A stretch of DNA of 64,000 bases, taken from the human T2T-CHM13v2.0 reference genome, Homo sapiens. The position numbers were made by a program, and so were the translations under genes. The stretch lies in assembly GCF_009914755.1 (NCBI RefSeq), contig NC_060937.1, one strand, 5' to 3'. The notes under the pieces were generated by a model. The model did not search any database, was not told where the DNA came from, and was given only the letters and a program-made list of their open reading frames with translations. Below, piece after piece: positions 25,840-38,460 of the stretch (positions within the stretch are counted from its first letter, which is position 1; each line of letters opens with the position of its first letter).

Positions 25840-26095
25840 ATATGTTGTAGAGAAAACAGCACAGCCTTTGGAATTAGACAGAACTGGGGTTTAGCCTGTC
25901 TCCACCACAACTGGTGGCGGAAGCTTGAGTAGGTCACAGGGCCTGTCTAACCCTCAGATTCCTCATCTGTAAAAAGAGGGCAACTGTCACCTTGCAGGGC
26001 AGTTGTGGGATTATAACTTGGGTATAATCTGCGTTTGCCACAGTTCCTGTCACTTACCAGGTACATAGCAACTTGTAGTCCTGTCATCCACATTA
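25840..26095 (+). mobile_element. MIR SINE
   Basis: gcacagcctttggaattagacaga...cctcagattcctcatctgtaaaa...ccttgcagggcagttgtggg. Confidence 0.8.
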
Positions 26096-26408
26096 TTATC
26101 ATTATACACATGCAATACAGGTTTCTGTTCATGCTTAGATATTTAGTTATATTCCATGCAGTTCTCAATCAATCCCTATACTCCTTTTTGCATAAACTGG
26201 CCCTGGTCAGTGCTTTAATCCGATGGTTTCTTGATCCTAAAACCTCCTTTGGAAGTTTCCTCACACATGGGCACAAAGTTAGTTCTGCAGCTGTAAGGCA
26301 ATCTGTACATGTTGTTGGCCACCTTTGTCAGTCCCTCAACATTTTAGAGAGAAGCATCTAACCAAACCCATAATTCCTGACCACTTGAGTTCCTGCCTCA
26401 CTCTAAGG

Positions 26409-26636
26409 CAGTGGTTCTCAATGAGGGCACAAAAATGTCACCAGGGCACATTGGCAATGTTCTGGAGATGTTTTTGGTTGTCACACTGGGGGAGGAGGGA
26501 TACTACTGGCATCTAGTGGGTAGAGACCAAGGATGCTGCTACACATCCTTCAACGTGTTTCTCCATCATGGACAGCCTTCCACGATGGAGAAACGTCCGT
26601 GAGTAGCACAGTACTGAGGTTGAGAAGCTGCTCTAG
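26409..26636 (+). mobile_element. MER20 hAT element
   Basis: cagtggttctcaa...ggcaatgttctggagatgtttttggttgtcacactggg...ctactggcatctagtgggtagag...gaggttgagaa. Confidence 0.9.
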
Positions 26637-26899
26637 TTTTAAGTTGGACTGGCATTAAACTCAGTAAGTGGCCTCCTTACCACTAAACTAGTATGTTCCA
26701 TCCTTTTCACTGTCTTCCATTTCCCCTCACAAGGAAGCCCTCAAACTTGCTTAACTCTTTATGCCTCATCAGGAGTTTCAAGTGTCTCTGGAATGGCCTG
26801 GCGGCTCGTTTCCTGCTGGCTGCGGTGTCGCTTTTGTTTACTTCATAGCTGGAACAACTTGGTGGGTGCAGGGAGAGCCACACAGGCACACCCTACAGC

Positions 26900-27325
26900 A
26901 TGTCATACACATTGCTACTTGACAGGAAGGAAGATGCACAAGGATTCTGGCACAAGGCCTCGTATGTGCTTCATTCTTTCTCTGTCTCTTGGTCAAATTG
27001 GCCCAATCAGACTCTAAATGAAGAATTTTTCTCCCATGAATGCAGAGAGGGTCTCCCCTTCCCCTGCCCTAGGAAAGTGAGCAAGGAAGCGTGCAGCCCT
27101 GACCTTTTCTGGGAGTCATCATACGGCCTAGAGGAGAACAAGCTTGAGAATGAAAACACTGCCAAGGACATCAGAGCAGAACGACAGAAAGAACCTGGGT
27201 CCTTGTGAACAGAGTCATGGAATGATCTAGTCCTTAAGTGCACTCTGGTTCTTGCTGTGAGAGGTGATCCACCTCTTTCTTGTTTGTCATCATCTCACTT
27301 AGAGACAGAGCATCCTAACTGATTA
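26900..27325 (+). mobile_element. Old MaLR LTR (MLT1J/K-like)
   Basis: ggcccaatcagactc...cagagcagaacgacagaaagaacctgggtccttg...gcatcctaactgat. Confidence 0.55.
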
Positions 27326-27448
27326 TTTATCCATCTTAGCTGAACTTAGGGCCCCATGAAGGAGGCACCACCCCTCTCTCTCCAGGAGGCTAAGTAATCC
27401 ACTAACAGTTTCATTCACCTTAAACTCCTTCCCAAAATACCCTCCTAG

Positions 27449-27759
<311 letters not shown>

Positions 27760-28999
27760 AAAGGTTGGAGATTTTATACTCCAACTCAAGACCTTCACCA
27801 AGGCCTCCTGGGTCCACTGCCACTCTGTTTCCTTCTTTTTCTCTGTCCTCTCCCTTCTGGAGTTCACCAGTCAAACCTCTTTCTCACTCTCTACTCCTCA
27901 GCCCACACCCATCCCTGCCAGGGCTTTGTGGCCTTACTTGTACAATTTACCCACCACGGCCTCAGGTACAAGGGTTTATGACGTTTGTAACAAGTACTTG
28001 CTAATCTCTCAGAAGCCACTGGGTATATAGAATCCTGCAGTTTATCTGGATGATCAAACTATTTCATTTTTTATTCTTCTTAGTTGGCATCAGTGCCTTA
28101 GAATAGAATTTAGATGTGTGCTTTGCCTAAAAGGAAAGAGCTGACAGAGCTTGCAACTGGCAATGCATCAGTTCCACCTCAAGGAAATCAACAGGGAGAA
28201 GCTAATGAGACGGAACAGTTCTCATATTAACCAGTTAGCTATTCAGCTTAGGACAGATGTGGAAAATAAGCCCATATGAGACAAATTCATTAAAGTGAAA
28301 TTATCCGTTCAACACCTTGATATCTGAGCAGACTGATGTTTCAAAATTATTATAATTATGATCATGGGGATAAAGAGAGCCAAACTTTCGAAAGAAGACT
28401 TGAAAAAAAATTAAAAATTCTAGTACTACCCTGTGAGATGAAAATAATGAGCTGGTCACAGATCCCCAGGATATCAGCAATTGCTCTAAATCCTTCTTGA
28501 TGAGGAATCTGTGACTCCAAAGTCAACATTAATTCAAATGCAAATAATATCTCTTCCCCCTGAGAATCATTATTCCTGATTCAGCAGGCAATTTAATGGG
28601 AAATCTGCAGGTGCACTGCAGACTTTGAACCAGAGAAGTTGTTCCAGCTCCAGATGAAGCTTTGACTCCTGAACACATGGAATCTGACAGTCAGAGCCCA
28701 GAGATTTTAATTCTCTCACTGCCTCTGAGATGGTAGTTCCTGGGTAAAGCATATGGAACTCAGTAGGGCATAGATCTGGTACCTGCAGCCTGGAAAATAT
28801 CACAAATCTCTGTCTGCTTCTCTCAAACACACACCCCCTTCTTCAGTAGCTGTTAACCACCTCGACCCTTTGCATGGAAGTTCTTCTTAAATACCACCTG
28901 CAGAAGACAGTCAGCCTCCAGCCTTGTCATCTTGAGGTGACCCACAGAGGAGAAAAGGCTGGAAGCCTCTAGAATTATCTGGCTCAGGTTGGACTGTCT

Positions 29000-29420
29000 G
29001 ATGCTGGGAAAATTACATGGCCATTCTGTGCCTCAGTTTCTCCATCAGCAAAATAAGGAAATGAATAACATCTGCCTTGTAGGACTGTGGTGTGGTTTAA
29101 GAGCTATAACAAACTTTTCATAGGCAAGATAACAGAAGGGTTAACAGTATGAACTCTGAAACCAGACTTTCCTGGTCCAAATCTGAGCTCTGCAGCTTGC
29201 TTATTAATAACCTTGGCAAAACAACCTTTTTTTTTTAACATCGGTTACCCCATGTAAAATGGGGGTGATAATATTAACAACCTGAGTTGTTATAAAAATT
29301 AACATTTTAAAATAATTTAGACCAGTGTCTGGCTTATATACCAAAGACTGTGTAATCACTTATGGTACAAGCAGTGCTTGGGCCATAGTGAGAGCTCAGT
29401 AAATGTTATATATTAGTATA
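29000..29420 (+). mobile_element. Cluster of MIR fragments
   Basis: tctgtgcctcagtttctccatc...; ctctgaaaccagact...ctggtccaaatctgagctctgc...catgtaaaatgggg. Confidence 0.7.
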
Positions 29421-29564
29421 AGAATTGTTAGTATTTCCATGAGTAGTCATAACACCATAGAAGAAACAGGGAATAATATTTCCAAAGACAGAATAGAAAG
29501 AGGCAAGGTATTTTCAGTTAGAAGAAATTGCCCTCTCAGCAATTTCTTTTTACCAGGTTTTATA

Positions 29565-29937
29565 TGTGTAATAGTCTTTTCAGGATTCTATAACAACATA
29601 CTATAGACTGGCTGGCTTAAACAACAGAAATTCATTTGTTCACAGGTCTGGAGACTGGCGGTCCAAGATCAGGGTGCCAGCATGGTTGGATTCTAGTGCA
29701 GACTCTCTCCTGACTTGAAGACTATACCTTCTCATTGTGTCTTCACATGGCAGAAAGAGAGAAAGAGAGCTCTCTCTGCCTCTTCCTGTAAGACCATAGT
29801 CTTATTGGATTAGAGGCCCATTCTTATGACCTCATTTAAGCTTTATTATCTCCTGAAGGCCCCATCTCCAGATATAGTCACACTGGGGCTTAAGACTTCA
29901 ACATACCAATTTTGGGAGATATGATTCAGTCTATCAC
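29565..29937 (-). mobile_element. MaLR LTR, MLT1A/B-like
   Basis: ataacaacatactatagactggctggcttaaacaacagaaa...gtccaagatcagggtgccagca...tgtcttcacatggcaga. Confidence 0.85.
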
Positions 29938-32239
29938 GTCGATCACATTCAGTCTAACATCACAATAAAAGGCCCTGTGATGCTTTGGCATACCCTGGTG
30001 ACTCAGGGATGGCCAACTAGAAATATAACAGGTACCCAAATGCCATTCTCACTGAGAAGTCTGGAAACATATTTCTGAGAAAAGCAGAAGAGAGAGAGTT
30101 TAGCCAAGGTGGGAAGCTACTACATGTGGTGAGGCCATGTGTGGCAAGCATGCGTCTAACTAGCCATGGACACATGAAGTCCTTCAGTGCTTAACAATGC
30201 TGAGTCATATATTAGATTATGTTCCAGAATCCTACACCCACAGCATGTGAGGCAGATAAGCTGTACTTACCCAAGAAATGTAAACACCACAATAGTCCTT
30301 GGTTGTCAATCTGGTAGGGTCACGAAGACCTGCCTGGTATCAGTGTTTTTTAAAGCAACAGCTGAAAAAGTGACACCTAACTAGTCAAAGAACAGAGTTA
30401 CAAGAGACATGCTGATTCAACGAATGGGTAATTATATATATTTGTTTTATTTGCTAAATCTATCCCTAAAATTTGTGTGCAGAAAAAAAAAAGGAGAAGT
30501 AAATTATGATGAATATTCGGTTAAAACAATCCTGCAGCAAATCTGAAAAAATCTATGGAAATAGAAACAATCACCCCTCATTTTATATTTTGGGGTTTGT
30601 TCTGTTATTATTATAATTGGATAGATACATTGAGTTTACATAAGCCAGGATTTATATTTTTTATGAGGGTCTTTACTTGACTTTTTTTATTCTAGACTTC
30701 TTTTATTCTAGATTTTACTAGTAAGAATTTAAAGATGTTACAAGGTAAGTGAGAGTTTAGATAAAGTTCTATCATACAGAACTTTCTCTTGGTTATTTCA
30801 GGGCAAATGAGTTTTAAAGTACCTGCACAGTAAATATTAATCACTGCATCTTGCCACATCTTGCAGATTTGCATTGTCAAAGGTTACAATTTTATCATGA
30901 TAGTCTTACAATGTGATTAGAATCCTGTATTAGCTAAAGCCATTTTATTTTCAAGGACAAAATTTAAAGCAAAGAGGGGAAAATATATGAATGAAAAGAA
31001 GAAAAGAAAAATAATTTGTCTCCTTGACCTTCAGTGTTAGGGAGAATGACCAGAAAAAAACACAATAATGTTCGCCTTTGCTTCTAGGTCAAATTAATCT
31101 CCAAGGTTTTTCTAACTCATTATCAATTTCAAAAAATAAAAATATATAAAATGAAGAAATAGATCACAGCTGCTTATTCATCAGAGACACATCCCTTAAT
31201 CTTCTCTTTAGCCATCTGGCAGCATATATTCAGTTTTTCTTTCTGCATTTATTTTCACAGATAAGGGACATTTCCAACCTCTTGCTTCTATTATTTGTTG
31301 ATGTTTCTTGTCTCCTTGCAGTTACAGCATTATCTTGAATAGGGTTTTACCTCCATATCTGTGTTATCCCCAGATGGTGATGTCATGCTACCAGAATCAC
31401 CCATTAGCAAAGCATCCTGATGGGGCACAACCACCTAGCTCCCTTTCGTCTCAGTTACCATGTGGCCCAGAGCCTTTCCTCTCTACACTAACTGAACCAC
31501 AGTTTATCTCGGGGAGGAAACAGTAGGCTGGAAGCAAGGCTAGGAACAGGTCCCCCCTCTCGTACAGTAAGAGATAGACCAGAAAAGCCCAGCCAGATGT
31601 CCTTAGCCCCCTCTGTCTCCTGTTTTCAATGGAAACTACACCTAAGTAACACCAGAGCCACCACAACCTCAAATTTCTCCGTCATCTGTAACCTGAGGGA
31701 AGGCCACAGTCTGATGGCGGCCCTCCGGTTAGGAGGCTGAGAGCTCCTGTCTGTTAATTTATTGTTTGCTCTTTGGAACCAGAAAGTGGCAAAAACACTG
31801 GAAAACCTGTTACTTGGGGCCCTACAGAGTGGTCTATTTATTTCTGTTTGCAAATCGAGGCACGCGGGTCTTCCCCACTCCCTCCACGGTGGGGCCATTT
31901 CTAATGACCTTCAGTTGCCTGTCAAGCTGTTCTGACTGCTCATGTCTATGGCCCTTGTTCCAATATCCAAGTCAGATAATGTAACATTCAGAAGATCTTG
32001 TTCCCATTCCTTGTTCTTTAAATGTTTCAAAAATCACAGAACTGAAGGAAGCAGAAGCGAGGTTTCATGCTGAAGTCTAGTTGCTCTCCCATGATGGCCT
32101 GCATGGGATGCAGTTTACTCTAGGGGTTTGAGTGTCACTGAGAATTCTTGAACCACAAAAACTGCATCAATGTGCATTGTCCCTTCTCAAGCTCCCAGAC
32201 TGATATTACAATTGCATTGACTTGAGACTTTGCCCACGT

Positions 32240-32430
32240 CAGGGGTTCCAAGGCTTAAGAGTAGATCAGAATCACTAAGGGAACACGTTAAAAATGTCTA
32301 TTTCCAGGTTCCATCCCCCAGGGATTTGATTTAGAAGATATAAAGTAGAGGCACAGAAATCTGAATTTTTAGCTACAGATTTGTTGATTTTGAAGCAAGA
32401 AAGTCTAAGACTGCATTTATACACTGACCT
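32240..32430 (-). mobile_element. MER5-like MITE
   Basis: atcagaatcactaaggg...gttaaaaatg...ccaggttccatccccca...gaaatctgaattttt. Confidence 0.55.
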
Positions 32431-32599
32431 CAGTCAAAGTTAACATTTTTTAAATCCTCAAGAGGGCCCTGCCTTTTCCTGAAGGATGGATTATTTTATT
32501 TCTTTCATACTAAGTACTCAAGATTAGGTGCTGTCTCCAGGCCCTGAAAATATCTTAATGCCTTGTTGAGATGAACAATATGTTTTGTGCTTATCAAAT

Positions 32600-33500
32600 T
32601 GCTCTTCATCAATTAGGTAACAGTTTTATAATTCATATTATGTGCCAGGCACTGAGGATATAAGGGTGAGAGAAGCAGCTCTTGCCCTCAGGAGCTCGCA
32701 AGCACATGGGGAAGATGTTCAGTTAAACTGGCAATTGCAGTAAGGTGGAAGAGTTGCAATTGCAAACACAGGCACAGGTTACTATGTGAGAGCCAAAGAG
32801 GAGCACCACCTGAGACAGGAGTTTAGGAAAGCTGCTCAGAGGAGGTGGCCTCAGAAAAGGGCTTTGGGTAAAGAGAAGAGATTAACCAGGTCAAGAAGAT
32901 AAAGAGGGAGTCATATTTGCGAAAGCACAGAGCAGACAGGAGCAGAGCGTGCTCAAGCAACTACGAGGAGTTAAATATGTTCAGGGTAAGGACTCATAAG
33001 AACAACAAGGTGTGTTAGCCTGTTCAGGCTGCTGTAACAACTTACCATGGACCAGGTGGCTTATAAGCAACAGAAATGTATTTCTTACAGTTCTAAAGTT
33101 TGTGAAGTCCAACATCAGAGCACCAGCAGATGCTGTGTCTGATGAGGGCCCTCTTCCTCCTGGTTCACAGATGGCTGTCTTCTCACTGTGTCCTCACATG
33201 GCAGAAGGGATGAGGGAGTTTTCTGAGGCCTGTTTTATAAGGACAGTCATCTCATCCATGAGGGCTCCACCCTTAGGACCTGATCACCTCCCAAAGGCCC
33301 ACCTCCCAATACCATCCTGGGGGTTAGGATTTCAATATATAAATCTTCAGGGGTAGGAGGAACACAAGGAGAAGTGACTGAAGGAGTAAAGCAGAATATA
33401 AATCAAACTTAGGAGTTTGAAAATTATTTATTCAGCAGTGAGGAGCTATTGGAAGGTTCTATTGTGTACAGAAGATGGATCCAATGGGGAAAGATTGGTA
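32600..33500 (-). mobile_element. L2 fragment split by a MaLR LTR insertion
   Basis: attatgtgccaggcactgagg...cttgccctcaggagctc...gaggaggtggcc...; resumes at ggagtttgaaaattatt...gaggagctattggaagg. Confidence 0.65.
33011..33366 (-). mobile_element. MaLR LTR (MLT1A/MSTD-like)
   Basis: tgtgttagcctgttcaggctgctgtaac...ttataagcaacagaaatgtatttcttacagttct...gtgtcctcacatggcagaagg. Confidence 0.85.
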
Positions 33501-33879
33501 TTGAGATTATTACCTCAACATAACCAGGCTCAAATACTAAAGCTTAATAACACCAAAATGTCTGTGGCTTTGGCTCCATGTTTTCTCTTTTAAGTAATAA
33601 AAAAAGTTTAAAGTTTCTATTACACATAGAAATCTGTTGACAATTTTAATCTGATGGCAGCCATGGTACTGTGACTATTCATGTCAGAGTCCTTTGCCAG
33701 TAGAAACAAAGAAGATGCTGTTGCTGGCATGCTTCAACTCAGTTTTATTTCCTTATTTTATAAATTCTCTTCCTTTTGTTAAATCTGTCTTCTCCTTGAA
33801 AGCTAGGATCTTCCTGATGGATCCTTTGAGTTATTCTAGGACAATGCTTTTGTAGCTCAAAAGAGTGGTTGGCTGCAAA

Positions 33880-34320
33880 CTCTTTAACAACCTTCAAACC
33901 CTCTATCGCAGACTCCAGCCTGCCTTTCCAGAAATAGCCTCTCAATGTCTTCTGCACTCCAACCAGATGATTAGAGTCCAAACCAGCCACAAGATTGCCT
34001 GAACCTGTGCCTTGGCTCAAACACTTTCTTCTGCCTTCCACTAAGAATGCCCTCCCTCCAGCCCTATCCACCCATGGTTATTTTTCTGATTCTGTAAGTT
34101 CAAATGCCTGAGCTTAAAGATACCTTCTCTAATGGCCTGAGCAGAATTGTTTCCCCTCTGGACTTCCTCAATTTGATCGTCTTCTAGAGTTTGGCTTGCA
34201 TTATAGTTACCCGTGCACAAATCTGCCCTGTGAACCCCTTTAAGGACATGACCCTGTCATGGTCAACTTTGTCTCCATATTCCTTGCTTAGTGACTACAC
34301 AAGGCTGAGTTGCACCATAC
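33880..34320 (+). mobile_element. L2 fragment
   Basis: cctgtgccttggctcaaacact...ttctgccttccactaagaatgccctccctcc...tgtgaacccctttaaggaca. Confidence 0.55.
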
Positions 34321-34459
34321 AGGACTACTTTTCCATATTTCAGAAACTGTGCTTTAATAACCACAATCCACATGAAAGCTCCAGCTCATAATAAGAGCTA
34401 CAGCTACGAATGACCGAGTGCTTATTATGGGTCAGACATGGAACTGAGATTTTTTTCAC

Positions 34460-34596
34460 ATTTATGTATACTAAAATTAATATATATGTGTGTATGTATA
34501 TGTACATGTGTGTAAATATATACATATATACACATAGACATATATTTATGTATATATGTTTATATGTGCATATACATTGTATATTTAATTCAGAAC

Positions 34597-34640
<44 letters not shown>

Positions 34641-34675
34641 GTATGTTGGGTATGTGTGTATGTACGTGTGTATTC
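34460..34675. repeat. Degenerate (TA)n/(TG)n microsatellite inside a MIR
   Basis: tatatatgtgtgtatgtatatg...(gt)n...; MIR-like flanks on both sides (gagtgcttattatgggtcagacatg / tttagagatgagtaaactga). Confidence 0.85.
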
Positions 34676-35184
34676 AACTAATCCCACATAAGGGATTCTC
34701 TCCTTTTTAGAGATGAGTAAACTGAATTGCAGAGAGCTTAGATGACTTGAAAGAGACTTGACAGCTGAGCAGGGAGACCATCTGTAGCCACCTCCCTGTC
34801 ACAAGGAAGCCTGCACATGTAAGTTACTCCACCCCTGCCCCAGATGACTCCTGGGTGACGGCTGTGAAATATTTCGATTCATCCTGAGGCTTCTCTGCTA
34901 GCCCTATTGGAAAGTCTGGAAGTAGGTGTAGGGAGCATGAGGAAGAAATAAAAACAGAATCCTGTGGAGTCACTACATTGTAGAAGAAAAGAGAAAGACA
35001 AGTCAGGGGTGGAGAAAGAGAAAGAAGGGTTAGAGACCATGGAATGAGGAATAGTGAGCAGCACAGGTCATGAGAGCATAGCTCTGTCCTGGCTGTTTTC
35101 ACCGGAGCAACTCACTTTCACCTGTTGGATGGCTGTCCCGCATCACTGGCCTGTAAGCTCTGGGAGAGAAGAGACCACAGTAAC

Positions 35185-35430
35185 AGCAGCCATTATTTAT
35201 TGAGCACCTACAATGTGCCAGGGCACTGTTCTAAGCACGTCTCTTGTATTATCTAATCTTCACAAAACCTTATGAGATAGGTAATATTATTAACTCCATT
35301 TAATAGGTGAGGAAACTGAGCCCCAGAGAGGCTGCATAACTTACCTGTGTCACACATCTAAGACACGTCAGGGCTGGCTGTGCAGACAGACGCTCTGACA
35401 CCAGAGCCTGCCTTTAACCATGATGCTGTG
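35185..35430 (-). mobile_element. MIR SINE, well preserved
   Basis: atttattgagcacctacaatgtgccagggcactgttctaagcac...gtgaggaaactgagccccagagagg. Confidence 0.9.
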
Positions 35431-35869
35431 CCACTCCCCATAGCACATGAATTAGCCACTTATTAGGTATATACTGAATAAAACAATGAATAAAGACGGG
35501 AGGGTCACCAGGATCTAGAACTGGAAGGAGGTAAAGGATTATGAAAACTGAAAACAATCTTTGGATTTGCCAATTTAAGAGGATGTTGGTGGCATTCAAG
35601 AGAGCATGGTGGAGTCCTCTCTCTGTCCCCAGGTAAGGTGGGAGTGTCCAAGGCATCCTCAGCTCTTAACATAGTTCCTGGAACCCGGTCTGCACTCAGG
35701 GATACCCGCCAAGGCAGAAGGCCAAATTCCCCCCATGTTCCTTCCCAAGCCACCCACTGGCCCCTATGAAGGCTCTGGGAGTGACTGAAAAACTGGCATT
35801 TTTGGTCCTACAGAGACGTCAAAGAGAGGAAACGTTGAAGACAGAAACCCAAAACTCTCAGTTTATAAC

Positions 35870-37300
35870 TTTGAACTGGGGCCGGGGAGGGGGGGGTGGG
35901 GAATAGCTTTCATTGGCTACAGCTACCACATCAAAAATAAGTAAAACATGAGAACTGTGAACCACATGAAGAGAGAGCGCGCCAACCTCAGTGAATCTCT
36001 TAACACTTAAGACGCTTCTTGGTAGAACTGAAGCCTCCCAAATGAAAAACAAGCACCGTTGTTCTTTATGGTCCAAATCACTTCAAAAGAGACTTACAAG
36101 CCCAAAAAAGATAAAGCCCAGCTTAAACGTGCACCCCACCCCACTTCCTTGCTGGCTCCTTCCCCCATGCATTGCCAGAACCTGCTCCACTAAACAGCAG
36201 GGGGTGGGGGAGGGAACAGACAGAAGAGGCGAAGGCCCTGGCCACCCTCTGTGCGTGACTGCCACCTGCGTATTGCAGGGTCTGGGCCCCTTGAGGAGAG
36301 AGGTAGCACCGTGCTGCATGTCCGTGTGGCCCGCCAGCTGGATCAATGAGTTCAGCCGCACTCAGCTCCAGGAGGCTGCAGATTTCTCACTCAGATCTCA
36401 GCGAGTAGCGCTGACATCTATTACCCCAGAAAGAGATTGGATATTGGGCTTAATGGATTTTCTGTGTGTTCCTTTCTGACCATAGAGAGACCTCCCATAG
36501 AGACGAAATATATCTACAAAAGGGTCACTGCCCTTGCAAGGAAAATGCGATCCCAGCACGGCCTGGCGTGTTCCTGGCGGCAGAAAGGTAAAGGAAAGCA
36601 GCAGAAACAGGCCAGCGCAGTGGGGTGCAAGCTGGTAGAAGCTCCACCCCACTGGGTGTAAGGGAAGTGAGCCGTGTGGAGGCGGCGCGAACAAGGGAGC
36701 ATTCAAAGTCCCTTAACACTGGCGTTCAAAAGCCTTTGGGTGCTTATATTTAATTGTGGGTGTGTCTGGCATTTCTATAATTCACAACACATGAGGTCGC
36801 AGTGTGAGAACTCAAATCAGTAGGAGGTGGAGAGCAGTCCAGTTTCCCATCCCACTCCCGCACGCTTAGCCCTCGCCCCCGACTCCAAGCTGGGGGCGAC
36901 GGTGCAGATTCCCAGCTCATGAAAGCAGCCCAGGCGTCTGCCCAGAGGTCGCCTGCCTTCTCCTACCAAGAAGGAAAGGAGCACGGAGACAAACCGACTG
37001 ACTCAAAAGCCCTTCTTTCCTAGGACTCCTGCCAGGACAGGAGGAGAAGTTGCCGCTGAGACGAGGAGACGGCGGGAAGCCCTGCAGATGCCCCAAGCCC
37101 ACTGAAGCCACAGGAGGGGAAGGGAGGAGGCTGCTGTGCTTTCTGTGTACCTTGTTCTCTGCCCAGAAGGGTCAGCACAGCCAGGCAGCCCCGAAACCCA
37201 GTGGAGGCTAAAGAAAGGAGGGCCCTCTCTCCTAGAGAAGGCTCAGTAGGCTCCCGAGGAAAGGGAAGGAGCAACTTTTTCCGTTTGACTTCAAGGAGGA
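35870..37300. promoter_or_regulatory. Repeat-free, moderately CpG-rich unique segment (candidate promoter/enhancer or lncRNA exon region)
   Basis: CpGs retained (gagcgcgcc, ggcggcgcgaac, cccgcacgc, ctcgcccccg), G-runs, and splice-like signals on both strands. Confidence 0.45.
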
Positions 37301-38289
37301 GGGGGAAAGGGTACAGAATCAAAATGTATGGCACTTGCGATTCAGTTGGCTTATTTCTGAAAAAATTGGGGTAGATTGGGCGCCCAATGCACCATAAGCG
37401 TTATGTGTGTTTGTAAACACACACGGGGGTGTACACAGGGGTAGGGGTCTTAGAGAGAAAAGTAAAAAGGGAAAAGAAGGAAAGTAGCAGAGGCTACTTT
37501 ACACATAAAAGTACATAAATAAGTTTACTTATGAAGACCATGGTTTCCCACTAACAGCCCCATCTTGGTAGCAGAATGGGACAAACTGTCACACACGCAC
37601 AGTGAATTGTAAATAGCAGGGAATGGAAGGACAATGCTCATATGCATTGGATGTATAATAAGAATACATATGTGACCTACATATGTCTGTTTAATTAGGA
37701 CAAGTGTCCATCCCTAGTGAAGATTGATTAGTCACTGTGACCTTGTTTTTGAAAGGATAATGAGAGCAGATGAGACTTTTGCTTTAACAAACTTACTTGG
37801 CCAAAATTTTAAAAGCTGGCAATTCTACCTTGCTACCAATCCTGATTGATTTGTTGTTGTTGTTGTTGTTTTTCCAACTTTACTTGTCTCTGATATTGAA
37901 ATGTCTAGGAACTGTAACCTATGACATGGAAGTGCTATATAATTTGTTTTCAAATTTCAAGCCTCTTTAACTAATGTGGATTTTTATTAAGCAGTTGTTT
38001 GACATTCAATGTCAGATGGGTTACAAGGAAAGCTGATGTTTAGAAGGATGTACTGTGTGTTGGGCATCATCCCAGACTCTGTCTTTTAATTCGGGTCGTA
38101 AAACTTACGCATCTTTATACAGTAGATACGACTTAACCCAATATTTTTTCAAAAGAGAAACAAGTTTTATACCTTGCACAAAACCACAGGTGGTGAAGGC
38201 AGAATACAAACTGAGGGCCTGTCTGACTCAGAAGCCCACGATGTTTCCTATCCTATCTCCTCAGTTACCAAAAAGAGGTTCACAGCACT

Positions 38290-38460
38290 GGACCAGAGAG
38301 AGACCTTGGATGTTAACTCCACCAGCCTCTAATTTTGCAGAGAAGAATGCGCTACAGCAGAGGTTAGGTTACTTGCCTAAGGCTTACTCAGTAAATTTGG
38401 TGATGTAGCTAAATTCATCACCAAATTTGGCTGCCACTCAGTCTCTAAATCGCTTGCCTG
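38290..38460 (-). mobile_element. MIR fragment containing a 13-bp perfect inverted repeat
   Basis: aattttgcagagaag...gaggttaggttacttgcctaaggct... Confidence 0.65.

Noticed and set aside
35991-36479. 162-aa plus-strand ORF (also 38521-39018 at 165 aa and 23284-23760 at 158 aa)
   Set aside because: No protein-family resemblance, composition typical of random GC-rich frames, and a non-ATG start for 35991. Such lengths are expected by chance in 64 kb.
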